NCBI GenBank assembly: GCA_000091205.1
Contig: AP006500.2
Reading direction: 5' to 3' (one strand)
Length of the DNA stretch: 64,000 bases
Origin: Cyanidioschyzon merolae
Taxonomy: Eukaryota
In this document: positions 12,748 through 25,452 of the stretch, one piece after another
How positions within the stretch are numbered: the first letter of the stretch is position 1
How the letters are laid out: every line of letters starts with the position of its first letter
Notes under the pieces: generated by a model
The model's database searches: none
The model's input: the letters and a program-made list of their open reading frames with translations, nothing else
What the model was told of the DNA's origin: nothing
Made by a program: the position numbers and the translations under genes

Positions 12748-14510
12748 ACACCTACATCAGAGGAACGAAGGACTCTTGAAAAACGCAATCCATACATCGC
12801 TTTCGCTACGCATGTGTTCGTGGGGTTACCATACAAGCTCGGTGCGCTTGAGGCAGCGTCGTCGCTTGGCTATGGTCAGGTGTTTCCGTCTATCCAGCAT
12901 CGCTCATCTTCTAAAGCCGGTACAGCGACGCAGGAACGTTCTCTGTTTCATCGCTCGGCACGTATCGTGAACCGGTACAGAGGGCTCCTTTCGATCTCCT
13001 GCTTCATCATCTGCGCCAGGTGCTGTACCAGTCGATCACGGACCGCGGTTTGGCGATCGACTTGACGAGTACGCTGGGTGCTGCAGGTGCAAGCGCACGC
13101 TATGCCGATCGCTCGAAACGACTTGTGGAGTGCGGTACTGTCCAGTATGACTCGAGTACCATACGAAAAACCCAGACCGGTGCCGCAGTCGAGATATCAG
13201 CTCGATCCGTTGGGGCTCTGGTCGGGCGGAGGAGTCACGCGCGCTCCACTGGAAGCGAACGTTGCGAGACCGCTCGCGTCCAAGAAGTTTTTTTTTTGCC
13301 TAGGACCAGAAGAGACCGGGGCCTCGCTGGGACCACAATTGCTCGTGAACGGTTCATGTTGCCGTGGAGTGTCGTTTCGTTGATGTCCATAAAAAGAAGG
13401 CGATCTTTCGTTCTAGCGAAATCGATCATTTGACGTGACAAGCTCCGTGACCATTCGGTATACGCTGGTGAGCAAGTCGTCGAAAGCACGACGTCGTCGA
13501 CGTGCTATGCTCGTCTTTCGAGTAGTGCGAACTGGTGTGCCCGCGAGTTGCCTTGAATCAGGAAAAACGAAAACGTGAAAAATGTCTGATTTCAGCATGC
13601 CATACGGACGGAGATGAGAGGAACAGGGGATTCTGCGCCTGCACTGGATCCCGGTATCGATTACCTTGCGAATGCTTCTTCCGTTGCGTTCCGGATCATG
13701 TTGATTCTGTTGACGACGACGGGAACTCTAGCGCCAAACAGTCTACGAAGCCACATCGAAAAGAAGACCGTGCATCCTGAAGCGACATGCGAGTCCGCAA
13801 GGCCTTGCTCTTCTGCTGCGCTTCGAAATTCGGCACAATGCATATACGAGGGAACACCTCGGAGAACGTCGACGAACAGGTCCAGATCTAGCTGTCCAGT
13901 GTTCCAGTTCAAGCTGAAACTGGTGTCGTGATGCTGGGGCATGGACGGCGAGTCAACCGCTGTCGCACGGCTCGCGGAGGACGCACCCAGGCAACCGCTA
14001 TTGTCGTCCTCGTAACGATGCTGGCACGCTGGAACGCATCGGATGCGTATCGGTAAGCACGAGCACCGGTCGCTACCCGGAATTCAGAACAGGAGTGGCG
14101 TATTCACGAAGCATACGTCGTTTCACAGCATTGATCGTGTACCGCGCACACACATACACAAGCGATCCACGAGTCGGGAGCAGAACGTTACGCCCTGATA
14201 CCCTGAGCTCCTGGTCATTTGCGCGCTTGCGGTAGCGCTCGACGTGACACACGAGGCCGGCGGAAACCTCACGGGAGTGCAGAGCGAAACGAGATGCCAA
14301 AGCGCGCTTACGAAGCATCCCGCACGTCTTGAACCGAGTATCGACACGCGTGACCCAGCGTCGTGCGTATTCTCCCGCTCGGTGCAGCATGACAGCTGCT
14401 CCCAGCGATACCGAAAAACGTCATGCACTCGGCGATGCCTGGTTAGGAGCGACATCCTCGAGAAAGAAAGGCGCTGAACGCAGTCGTAGCATGCCGCCTC
14501 TGGTGTTGGT

Positions 14511-17308
14511 TCAGAGGTTTAGACGTTCACTCACGTCGCTGCTGCGCCACCATACTTGCCCGTAAAACTCCCATGACGCCAGTACCAGTCGATCTGTACC
14601 TGAACTATTTCGCAGAGCTCGTAAGCGAATGTAGCGCAGCAATGGTGCCTGAGCAGCAGCACCGGCAGCATCAGAAGCACCAGCAGCACCAACAGCACCA
14701 GCAGCAGCAGCACCAGCAACGGCAGCTTCAGAAGCACCAGCAGCAGCGCCCCGCTTGTCATGCGGATGCACACCAGTCCACGCTCTGCTTGGCTTGTTCG
14801 GCACTGCGCCCAGCGACCAGACAGCGAACGCATGTGGACTTGTCAGCCGTTCATCGTGGTGCTGGTGCTGGAGCACTACCCAGGGCAACCCATGGGTGGC
14901 GTTCGTTTGCCGTATCCGCTGCGACGATGTCGACGGTGCTGAGCAAGCGCAGGCGACCTGCGTAGGTCCACCGGCTTGAGTGTGCGCCTTGTCAAGCTTC
15001 TGATTCTCGAAATCGACATGATCGTTGTCGTCGGGTCTGCCTTCAAGAATCCATTCACGCAGGTATTCACCATCGCGCTCATCATGACGTAAAGCGTAAT
15101 GCGTCAAGCGAACGCGACGCAAAGCACCCAAGTCAATAGAGACCCATGCAGTGTCATTGTCATTGTCATTGTCGTTCGACTCTTGCAGAGCGGTCACTGG
15201 TCCCGTCTGTGTTATCGAACCGCTGTGCTGTCGCGCAGCACGCCCAGAAGAAAGCGTCGCACGATCCACGTCGTCGTCGTTGTCGTCGTATACAGGCAAC
15301 GAACGTCTGGCTGGCTCCTTGGTCCGCCTCGGAGCGACAAAGCTATGGGCAGCACGCCCCAGATGATCGCAGAGTAGTTCGCAGTTCAGGTTCAGTAACG
15401 AGGAAGCGGTGATGCGCACCATACCAGTTCGATGCGGATTTCTCCACACGCGTCCCTGGGGAAGCGTCCCGAGAAACGACAGGATACCATTGGCTTCTGT
15501 TCCCGGTAGATATCGCACAAAGACGTGCTGCCAGTTTCGTCCGTCTGGTGGCATATTCACTGGATCGCGACTCCATGGCGACGGTTGGAGTACTGAACAA
15601 GCCACGGCTAGCGACACGTGTTCGTCCACGAATGTGTCCAGCTGCGGCGGCACACAAACTCTCGGCCTATAGAACAGATGATCCTCGTCAATGAGTTCGA
15701 GGCTCGGCAAGCAATGCTCGTCGATTTCGTGTCGTTCGATATGGTGCTCCAGACTCGAAACATCGGCAGCTGCTGCGAATGCACAAGCCCATTCCAAAAG
15801 CATATTCGCTCGCTTTGCAGCGGCGTCGGCAGCAGGCCCTACCGCAGATGCTGCTGTCCCCGGTGATCCCATGAGTACCAGCTGCTCGGGTGTGTCGACT
15901 TTCGTGCACGTTGGTGCCTGGGCGCGCGTGTCGAGCCACTGCTGCAGTAGCACGAGCGATGCCTCAGGTCGATTCCAGAACGAAAGCATACCAAGGAGGC
16001 AGTACAAGTCCAGACGCTGCAGTGTCGCCTCGACAAGGGCGTTGGGATCCTCTGGCGGTGTCGAGGTGCTCGAGGCCGAAGCGCACGCTGCACCTCTACT
16101 CTGGCCTTCGAGGATGCCGGTCTGCACCTCCGCGGGTACCCAGGGAGGTACTGGCACGCTCGCTTCCTGTTCGTCGGGCGACGCAGGAGAATGCCACTGT
16201 GGTGACACGTTTTGTTCGGCACTTGGTACCGACGGGCGCGCGTCTGCCGTACTCGCACAACAGTGACTGGTATCGCAACTGCTCTCGCTGCTGCTGCCGC
16301 TGCTGCTGCTACTGCTGCCCGTCATGTCGGTTTGCATCAGGTCCCAGCAGTGATCCAGTGAACGCGCCATCGCTTCCCAGGCGGTGAGGAGCATATCCGA
16401 ACGACTCAGTCGCAGAGCTGTCTCCGCGACAGCTGCAGTCCACGGCAAGTGATGCTCACTCAATGTGCGCATATGGTGCACCAGTGCTCGGGCTGCTTCG
16501 CATTCAAGGTGATCCCATTGAAAAGTATCAGCGAAACAGAGCAGCGCTAGGGCCTGTTCCGGAGTCCAGTGCTCTCGATACGGGGTTTTCGCTTCTCCGG
16601 GGTATCGTTCGAGGAACTGCAGCGCGGTGCGCAGACACCCTGCCGACACGCTAGGTAGCATGATGCCACACAGAGGGTCCGGCTGCTTTACCACCGTTTC
16701 CGATTCGGGTGGTGCCCCAGCACCGGGGCATGTGCTGGTGAGTGATCGGCTCTCTCGCATGCCCGAGGTCTCGAGAAGTGCCCGAAATACCGGCGACACG
16801 GCGATGAGCTGCTGCCGTGGCGCCCATACGGGTACCCACTCGCCAGGCACGTCACTGGTGTTGGTGTTGATGTGCTGCTTCGTTCCGTGGTGACTGCTAG
16901 TGCTGCTGTTACTGTTCTTACGATTCTTAATGCTTTCATCTGTGTTTCTCAGTGCGAGTGCTTCGAGCTCCACTGACAATTTTCTCGGTGATCGATTTGC
17001 TGGAGCGGGCACAGCACCCGTCGTCCACGCAGGCACGTACACGGCATCCTTGGCACACCAGAAGAGCACCAGGTCGCTGCTCGATCGATGCTGGGATGCT
17101 TTCTGGCCCGTGCCGTTCTCTGCATCTCCCTGATCAGGTATTGGCGGGCGTGTTGTTGAGCGCAGGGGTCCAGCCTGCCGACGAAGGCTCGCGTCTTGTG
17201 CACGTGAAGGCAGCGGGCTCGTCGCGTGCTCGCAGCGCACCCGAGCCTGCGCACTGCCATGAACGCCGTCTCCGAGCGCTGTTGTAGAGCCTTCTTCTTC
17301 CTCTTGTT

Positions 17309-17339
<31 letters not shown>

Positions 17340-18071
17340 TATCCACGGTAGCAGCCGAACCTGCGGCAGATGCAGGACATCGACTCGATAGAAGATGACC
17401 GCGGTGTCCCAGCAAGAGAAGCCAATCCATTGAATGGGGCATGATTCGGTGAAAGCGTCCAGCACGCTTCCCGTAGCAACTGTTGTCGTTTGCTCACGCC
17501 GCATTCGCCGGTAATGGAGGTGAGACGACTCGCCCGGCCAACCGAGACCAGCGGCAACATATTCCGGCGAGAGCGCGACCCAGTAGCGTTGCCGACTTTG
17601 TCCATTGAGGAACTCTTGTGAGAGCGGGGCGATATCTCTTCCTGCATTGGTGAACGGGCCACCAGTCGCTACAGAATGCCCGGGAAAAGGCAAAGCAGCT
17701 CCACGGGGTCCAGCATGTGACTCCTGGCTCGCATTGCGTCCCAGTGCAGGACGCTCATATATGTACTCTTGGCGGACAACGCCATGCTCCCGAAGAAGCG
17801 TTCGCGTCCGTCGATGGCTTTGAAAGGATATCTCGAAGCAGGCTCGCGAGCCTTGTGCCTGTGTCTCGACCCGCGAGTCCGCATCGACACCAGTTGAGCG
17901 GTGACAGAGCAGACAAACAATGTCGTGGTCGCCGGCAGCCTCGAACACCACCAGGCCGAGGTTCGGCACCCTCAGGCGATGGGAGGTGAGCCAAACCGGC
18001 CGACCGCGACGGTTTACCAACGCAAAGGCTCCATCAGGATACGTTACCACCGTCGACGAGGAAGCCGGCAT
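14511..18071 (-). CDS. Large low-complexity-rich protein with a BTB/POZ-like domain and a C-terminal discoidin (F5/8 type C)-like segment; function unknown
   Basis: A continuous 1186-aa minus-strand ORF. The BTB-like signature is LIAVSPVFRALLET ... LRTALQFLERYPGEA ... ALALLCFADTFQWDHLECEAARAL. The later stretch ILSFLGT...WRNPHRTGMVRITASS ... WVSIDLGALRRVRLTHYALRH resembles galactose-binding/discoidin-type domains. The sequence has poly-Ala, poly-Ser and poly-Gln/His tracts. Domain assignment is from memory of family signatures, not from a database search. Confidence 0.55.
17309..17338. repeat. (CAG)10 microsatellite (poly-Ala on the minus strand in the BTB protein)
   Basis: Direct read of the sequence. 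Confidence 0.9.
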
Positions 18072-18267
18072 TCACCACCGTGATGCGAGGAGCGTGCGGG
18101 CACGGCGTTTCTCACACGGTGGAGCGCCCCCAGCCCAGCTTTGCCACTCGCGTTTTGCTCTCTGTACCAGATCATGTACGCGTAGAGCGTACAGTTGAAA
18201 AGAGACCCGCCTCGTAACAAGGAATTCGAAGAACGGCTCGTAAACTCCAAGCGAGACAGCGTCGAGC

Positions 18268-18293
18268 ACACAGACAGACAGACAGACAGACAG
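18268..18293. repeat. (CAGA)6 microsatellite in the divergent intergenic region
   Basis: Direct read of the sequence: cacagacagacagacagacagacag. Confidence 0.9.
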
Positions 18294-19005
18294 CGCAGCG
18301 TTGACAGTAGCTGCCAGACGCTGCACCAGAGGACACCTGGTTCCACAACCAGGAGCAACTCAGTCAGGGCCCAAGACCCTGTACGGGTACCGGAACAGCG
18401 TACTACACAGCGCTCGTAGCGTTGTGGAAATCCGTAGTGACACAGCGGCAGCAGCAGTACTGATAGTTCACCAGGTGTCGAGGTACGTTCCGTAGAGGGC
18501 TCGTCTGTACCTGGGGGCTCCACCGCCGCACCGTTTCCCGAGCCAGTCAGTCGAGTCACTCTCGGCGAAAGCGCACAAATCGTGCGATTCTACCAGCAAG
18601 AACGCGTGTCGTAGCAGGCAACCCTACGACACCAGTCACTGTTCAGGCTGGTCCAACGCTCGAGCGCCAACACCTCCTCGATTAGCCTTTCACGCTCCGC
18701 TCCGCTACGACAAGACAAGCTACGCGCTCACAAGTCGGGAACCGTTGACCCGTAGGTATCGTGACTCGTGTCCCAAGGCAGTCCCTCACTGAACCGAAAC
18801 TGATCAGGCTACTCCCTGTCAGTGTTCTTGTTTTACGTCTGAGAAGCACTGTGACTTTTTCGCCTGTAACGCAGTCCCCGCGGTACCGGTACCGGGGCTT
18901 CGCTGCAGCGGCCGATGCTCCCCTGCCCGGTTACGACGCTGAACGCTAAACGCTTCATGCACAAGGCTACCATCGTTACTTTCGAGCCCTAACAAGTATT
19001 TCGGG

Positions 19006-19962
19006 GTGTATTCTCTGCAAGACGAGAGTCACTGCGTAACCGACATCGATGCGATGAACGGCAGTTACGCTCTGGAAGCGCTTGACAGTGAGCGTCGTTG
19101 GATGAAGCGTTCGGAACTGGTGGACTGCAGCCTGGCGGTGCTTGTCGGATGGGTGCTCCCCCTTGTCCTCGATCGATACATACCGCCTCGGGTCACTGCA
19201 GTAGCGTTGGAAGATCCCAGCGTTCAACTTCCGAAACGGGCAGAGCTGGTCCCGGCGCCGCTGCTGCTCCTTTTTGCCTACGTGGCTCCAGTGGGGATGC
19301 TTTGGTGGCAGCAGCAGCAGCAGCAGCAGCGGCTGCGCGAGTCGTTTGGAAACGGCTTCAGATCGAAGGGCGGCACCTTGCTGGATCTTTTAACGGGCGT
19401 TATCGAGGCCAATGGCCTGACACTGCTCGCTACCGTCGTACTGAAGCTGCTGATCGGAAAACCGCGTCCCTACTTTGCACAAGTCTGTGGGCAGTACCTG
19501 GACCCCGTCCTGCGTCACGAGTGTGCCGGTGACCCGTGGCAGGTACGTGAAGCGCGCAAGTCGTTCCCGTCTGGACATGCCGCTTTAGCTTTCAGTGGTG
19601 TCATGCACTGGCAGTGCTGCATCTGGTATCTCGGCATACCGCTGCCCTGGTTCGAGGCATTGCCCAGCGTAACCATGGTTCATTTGCTTTTACGCTTGCT
19701 GCCGTGGACCGGGGCGACCCTGGTTGCGGCCTCACGCGTTCTCGATCATCACCATGACGTGGTTGACGTGCTAGGAGGAGCAGTGCTGGGTTGTGCATTG
19801 TCGCACTTGGTGACCATGAACCGGTTCCTCCGACTCGAGGGACGCGTACCTGGACATCAGAGTACCGCGTCGACGGTTGGTGCACGAAGGACTGCATCCG
19901 CATCGGAGATGGAAGCGATACAGGTTTCCGAGACGACGTCCATTCCTGACGCTGTCGTCTAG
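19006..19962 (+). CDS. PAP2-superfamily lipid phosphate phosphatase (phosphatidate phosphatase type 2)
   Basis: The three PAP2 motifs are present in order: KLLIGKPRPYF (KxxxxxxRP), SFPSGHA (PSGH) and SRVLDHHHDVVDVLGGAVLG (SRxxxxxHxxxD). There are several hydrophobic putative transmembrane segments. Confidence 0.85.
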   Translation: MYSLQDESHCVTDIDAMNGSYALEALDSERRWMKRSELVDCSLAVLVGWVLPLVLDRYIPPRVTAVALEDPSVQLPKRAELVPAPLLLLFAYVAPVGMLWWQQQQQQQRLRESFGNGFRSKGGTLLDLLTGVIEANGLTLLATVVLKLLIGKPRPYFAQVCGQYLDPVLRHECAGDPWQVREARKSFPSGHAALAFSGVMHWQCCIWYLGIPLPWFEALPSVTMVHLLLRLLPWTGATLVAASRVLDHHHDVVDVLGGAVLGCALSHLVTMNRFLRLEGRVPGHQSTASTVGARRTASASEMEAIQVSETTSIPDAVV

Positions 19963-20468
19963 GGCAGCAGGCCTGTAACCAACCGGTGTTTACCCACGAT
20001 ACGTTGCTCTGGGTTCGTCTGGGAGCACGGTGTGGTGAATTCGAGTCGGCGGCTTGCATGTTTCATGCTAAAGAACATTGAGCTGTGGAATAATTGTCCA
20101 TGACTATCAATTGTGGATACGGAGAATCTATGAGGCATCCACACTACTGATCAATCTATGCATTGATCCGTCTCCACCGCTCTACCTGTCTATCGATGGA
20201 TCGCTTCGGGGCAAGCGCCAAGGCGAAGTGCATCGCCTGGAGCGCCGACGGACGCATTGGTAGAACACCAAAACGCATCTAGACTGCTCATCAGTGATAG
20301 AGGAGAAGGCGTGGAGCCCAGTGCTCGTCGAACATGCAATGCTGCCGCACACCAGTGCGTTCACGATAACCCTGCCTCCTCTGGTGCGCTTCTTCCATAG
20401 GCAGCGCCGCGCCTTTGCATACGTTGTGCACAAGGCGTGCTCGATAGCCTCGCTCGACACCGATGCCC

Positions 20469-20508
20469 ATCATTCATTCATTCATTCATTCATTCGTTCG
20501 TTCGTTCA
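20469..20508. repeat. (CATT)7(CGTT)3 microsatellite
   Basis: Direct read of the sequence: cattcattcattcattcattcgttcgttcgtt. Confidence 0.9.
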
Positions 20509-20897
20509 TCCAGCATGATCTTTGTACATCATCATGCTGGAGATCGGTTTTTCCGTTGGCAACGATTACGGCCTGGCTGCACTCTACCGCGTTACAGCAG
20601 TTCAAGCGGACCTGCAACGCGTGTATCGAGAGAAACGGGGCCAGTGGCCCTCTGCATACACTGTATCGACCTTGTCGATGTCGATGCCGCCACCCGCACG
20701 GTATCTTTGCGGCTGTATGGCGCCCACAGGTAGCCAAGCAGGGCGTCGCTGCGTCGCAGAGCCTTGCTCCCACGCGACTGCAAAGCAAAAGCATGTGTAT
20801 GAATGTGTGTCTGTGTCCAGAGATGTTTTACGAATGCGTACGACCAGCATGATGTGTCCCGCTGCTTCCGCTCATACGGCATGCGCGTTTCAGAGCG

Positions 20898-23699
20898 TTA
20901 TCGATCGTAGCCGTGCACCTGTGCCGCCACCGCATCCAACAGCAGAGAACGCATGCGCTCCTGGTGCTGTCGCAGCGTCGACACTGCCGCCCGCACCGTC
21001 TGAAAGCCGAAACGAGCAACCGCATGACAAAGCACTGCCTGCATGGTCTCTGGAAGCAAGCGCTCCGTTCTCGTCGTCAATGTACTCTTACCGGAATCAT
21101 CGGTATGCTCAACCAAGTATTGCCAGATGTGATCCAGGGCTTGCACAACGGCAGGCGCCTCGCCGTGCTCTGTCTGCAAGGCCGCCAAACGAAACCAGAC
21201 GGTAAGCGTTGGCGTCTGAGCCCGCTCTGCAACACCGAGGCAGATACGGTAGGCGCGCTCTGCCATCTCTGGTCGACCGAGTCGCTCGGCCAGTTCACCA
21301 CGTCGAAGCCAATCCACTGGTGCACGTCGTGTTTCGGTAATCAACAATGATTCAGAGACCAGCGCTGGAGATGCAGCACGCTCGGCATTCTCCGCAGCCG
21401 TCGTTTCGTTCGAATGCAGAGACTCATAGAGCGTGGATTCTTCGTGTTGCCAAATCGACCAGGCTCTCAGGTCCTCATACAAGCAATGAATCAGCATATC
21501 CAACCACGCCGTGCAGAGCGCTTTGCTGAGCGCAGCAGGGTGCACCTGACGCCGCGCGTCCGCCAGTGTCAGGGTTGCTTTGGGTTCGCCTTGTTGGTGG
21601 CCGTCCAGGTCGCTTTGGGTAGCGCCAAGCGGTCCAGTGCCCGTGCTGTGTACTTGTGTTTCGGTTGCTGGTTCGCGTCTTGAAGACAACGAGATCGTCT
21701 GCAGGGACGGCTCTTCAGCGTTGTCCGTACTTGAGTGCTGCGGAGGGGATTCGTGTGGCGGTGCGGGGCGAGCCTCGGCAGATGCCGTCGACAACTCGAG
21801 AGCTCCAGTACCAGCCGACTCCAAAGGCAATACATCCGACTCCATGATAAAGACTCGATTGCGAATGAGAAGGAACTCATCCCAACCGATTTGGTTGACG
21901 ATCTTCACCAGGATATCGAATGCTTCCCGCTCCTCCGGGCTGAGTACACTCGCTGTGAGATCACCCAGCAGGCGATCGGCGTGGTGTTGCTCACGACCCT
22001 TGCCAAAGGCGCCTGCTCCTATACGTTCCTCCGAGAGGCGACGCGCCAGTACTCGAACACCGTCGGTTCCGGCTGCAAAGCCCGGACGAGGCTGTGTCAA
22101 CTGCCGCATCTTGCTTGTTTTCCCCTCAATCCCAGGGCTTGAATCGGGTGCTGTCACCTGCCTCAGAAACCAGTCCATCTGCGGCGGTTCCACATCTGCT
22201 ATATTCAACGAGCGGAGCGCGGACTCATACTCCCCAGTTTGTACATAGAGGCGCGCGAGCAGGAAACAGGCGAGACGTCCAAGTTCACCTGGTGCAGCGA
22301 TCCGAACGTTGGCGCTCTCTTCGTCGCTTGCTTCGACGGCATCAGTCGTATTCAGGTGCTTGGTGCGTTCCTCTTGAGCAGCTGCTCCAGTAGCCGATGA
22401 TTCTGGAGACGTGTGCGTACCGAAGCACTCCGGAATCACCGTACCCTGGATGCGATCCGTAGCTTCGATCAGGTTGCCAAGCTCGAGCTCACATTCCGCG
22501 AGCGTCAGTTCGAGCAGCAGTCGATCGATACCAGGAAGTTCGGCGCAAGCTGCCTGATCCAAAAGCAGCTCTTCCAGCTTTTTCTGAGCAATCTGATGTT
22601 GGCGCTGGCCCATCAACGATCGAGCGACGTAGAGCACGAGTGCCGGCTCGTGGCATGACGTCGCGAGCGTCTGGAAGAAATCCTGAGCGGCCTGATAACG
22701 AGCGTAACGTGCGAAATACTCCCAAACGCCCTCAGCGATGATAGAGCAGGTCGCCGTCGCCTGGGCAGCGTCAACAAAGCGAGAGCCTGCCAGCTTCCAT
22801 TGTGGCAAAGTACGCGCCGCAGCGTCGAGGAAGAGTTGTTCCGCGTTCCACGCTACATCCAACGTAGCAACAACTTTGAGAGCTGGATAGAGGGGATGCT
22901 CACCAGTTGCTTTCACAGAGCGGAGAACAGCACTGACGAAGAGCTGTGCCCATTGGTTCTCGTCATCTTGAGTGTCGGCGACTTGTCGCGTAGCAGGTTG
23001 CCCATTCTCGTTTGCAACGCTTTGGTGGAACGGCTCCGGACCTCTCAGTCGTTTAACCTGCGTACACCCAGGAAAGCGTGCCTCGACAACGGTATCTTCG
23101 TTGGTGAAACAGTTGTAAGCCAGGCAGGCAGCTCGATCGATCCGATAGCTTCCAGTAGCGTACCACGAGGCGCCCTCGAGACCGTGCTTCACGAGGGAGC
23201 CCAGATAGCTCGCTGCGTCCGCAGGTGTTCGATGCCATATCCCGCGAACGAAGTGAAACCAAGCAGCCAGCTGTGCTCCACGACTTTTGAGATCTCCGGA
23301 CGTTACCTCCATGGCTAGGGAGTCTGGGGTGCTCGTTGCCGGCACTTCGGCACCGGCACCGCTAGAAATGTTCACTTTGGTGCTGTTTGCACGCCCGTCG
23401 CTTCCGCTCGCAAGCACAGTCCTCCAGCTTTTGTAAACGACACATAGATCAGGTGGCCCCAGCGTACGCCGGAAAGTCGGTAAGAGTACCTGACGTACGC
23501 GTATCGAGCGCGCTACCCAGAGGTCTTCGTTCAACGTCGACGCGGCGTCATGTGTTGCAGTTCCTGTGTTTGCGTCAACGCCTGCCAGCACCGCTTCGTG
23601 CACACCAACAAACGGATCCGACACTTCAACGGTACCACGAATGGTTTCCGTCGTCATCAAGGTCCGGACTGACGTATAACCGCTGTACACGAACACCAA
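20898..23699 (-). CDS. TPR-like helical-repeat protein, 933 aa, function unassigned
   Basis: A long uninterrupted minus-strand ORF with several TPR-like helix pairs, for example LLARLYVQTGEYESALRSLNIAD and LAECELELGNLIEATDRIQG. No catalytic motif was recognised. Confidence 0.55.
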   Translation of the reverse strand: MVFVYSGYTSVRTLMTTETIRGTVEVSDPFVGVHEAVLAGVDANTGTATHDAASTLNEDLWVARSIRVRQVLLPTFRRTLGPPDLCVVYKSWRTVLASGSDGRANSTKVNISSGAGAEVPATSTPDSLAMEVTSGDLKSRGAQLAAWFHFVRGIWHRTPADAASYLGSLVKHGLEGASWYATGSYRIDRAACLAYNCFTNEDTVVEARFPGCTQVKRLRGPEPFHQSVANENGQPATRQVADTQDDENQWAQLFVSAVLRSVKATGEHPLYPALKVVATLDVAWNAEQLFLDAAARTLPQWKLAGSRFVDAAQATATCSIIAEGVWEYFARYARYQAAQDFFQTLATSCHEPALVLYVARSLMGQRQHQIAQKKLEELLLDQAACAELPGIDRLLLELTLAECELELGNLIEATDRIQGTVIPECFGTHTSPESSATGAAAQEERTKHLNTTDAVEASDEESANVRIAAPGELGRLACFLLARLYVQTGEYESALRSLNIADVEPPQMDWFLRQVTAPDSSPGIEGKTSKMRQLTQPRPGFAAGTDGVRVLARRLSEERIGAGAFGKGREQHHADRLLGDLTASVLSPEEREAFDILVKIVNQIGWDEFLLIRNRVFIMESDVLPLESAGTGALELSTASAEARPAPPHESPPQHSSTDNAEEPSLQTISLSSRREPATETQVHSTGTGPLGATQSDLDGHQQGEPKATLTLADARRQVHPAALSKALCTAWLDMLIHCLYEDLRAWSIWQHEESTLYESLHSNETTAAENAERAASPALVSESLLITETRRAPVDWLRRGELAERLGRPEMAERAYRICLGVAERAQTPTLTVWFRLAALQTEHGEAPAVVQALDHIWQYLVEHTDDSGKSTLTTRTERLLPETMQAVLCHAVARFGFQTVRAAVSTLRQHQERMRSLLLDAVAAQVHGYDR

Positions 23700-25452
23700 T
23701 ACCGAGCAGTTAGGCCCGTACCAAGCCGCGTGGTATGCCGAGTCACGAGCACAGCTGCTATTGCGCTCGTCTACGACGACATCGTCTACATCCTGTGGAT
23801 GCTACTCAGAACTGGTGCATCGTTCGTGCGTTCGTTCTATGTCGATTTTCGACTAGATGGGAATGGGTTCCCAAACCAAACACGAGGCTACACACGAAAG
23901 TTCGCGTCTCTTCCCAGTGTCATGAGCGTTGGAATCTGCAGCCTGTTTTTGCTTGTGCGACTGCTTCCGTTTCCTGTGTCTCTGATTTCCGCCTTGAACG
24001 ACGCCTGCCTCTTCTGTGCTTCGAGATCGGTGATCAGCAGTCATTGGATATTGATGATGGCGTTCAAATCCCGATATCGGTGCTTTGGATTGTTGCCGAC
24101 GCATTTCATGCACAAGCGGTCGATACGAAATGCGCTTGGCTTGCCACTTTCATCCGCTTGGTAGACCGTCCTGTACGCCAGTTGCAACGGTGACACTTGG
24201 TTGTGTTCTGGGATACCTGTATGCCAACTGCAGCTTCGCTTAGTGAGGTCGCCCTATGGCTTGTGTGAACGTTCGCATCATCGCCGGTCACATGTCCTTG
24301 ACGAGCTCCGAGGGATGCCTCTGACGTTCGCATCAGACTCCGCACTCGGTATCGTGTCCTGGGATCAGCGGCTTCTTCTTCGTGGTCTTGTCTGCGAGTT
24401 TACGTTATAGAGCGCCCGCCGGTGCACGATGTTCCAATCGATCGAGGATTTGTGGAAGGCGCGTTGTTGTCCCTGATGAAACAGGAATCAAAAAGGAAAA
24501 TTCCAGGATGGAGAAGTGGAGAGCGTCTGATCCATCTGCGATTCCTTCAAGCAAGGCGGTGACAGTCGCTCCACTTGTCGAGATCGCTACGATGACTCGA
24601 ATCCGAATCCAACACCATTATCCATGCAAACGGAAGCACCGGGAGTCTCTGGAAGCATATCCAGATAGAGGACTCATGCAGACGCGGAATGCCGTCGCCT
24701 CCATGACCGCAAAGAGAGCAGTTTTTGTGTTTGGAATGGCATGTTTTACTTGACAGTTTCTTTGAACATTGTGTAGGAGCTTGCGCGAGAATCACCAACG
24801 CACGACCTAGCGTACTTCTCCTTGTCGATCCAGAGGCGCTCATCGTTGCACCATTCGCTTACGTTGATGCACAAAAATCTAAAACTTGGAGAATGCCAGA
24901 TTTTGAAGCATGCTGCACGCAAGGCAAGCAGAAGAAAAGAGACCTGCAGGTACGCATTGGATAAGGACATGGGAGAGGCTACGAGCCCGTGTTCAAGAGC
25001 GTCGCGATTGATCCTGACTCCATCGATCGAACATGTTGCAGCGGCAGAGCGTCTAAGGAACGCCCTGGAAAGGACGACTGAGAATTCTTGTAACCCACGT
25101 ATGAATCCAAAATTGATTGTGACTGCAAACAGATGTTCAATGCTCAGTCTCGAAAAAAGTTCGGAAAAAAACCGAAACGCACGAACGAATCGATCAGGTT
25201 CGAATACCACGTTCATTGGACTAGGGCGTCGCAGGGACGTTCGCTCGACAAGCGCCTCACCGCCACTGCAACTGGTAGCTAGCTAGGTATTCCTTCGAGA
25301 TCAAAGGCGGAATCGCTTATCATTGTGTGGACGGAAACAACTGAGCACGCCACGGGAGACTTCTGGTACGGAATCTGGGAACTCGCTCAGCGCTTCGTTT
25401 CGGGGAAGCGAGCAAGGCACGACCCCAGCCTCCTGCTCGCTGCAGCGAAGTC

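Noticed and set aside
23730-24193. ORFs of 144-152 aa immediately upstream of the TPR gene
   Set aside because: They are overlapping alternative frames, have hydrophobic low-complexity translations and carry no motif. They sit in a region that is most simply a divergent promoter between the TPR gene and the ORF starting at 25453.
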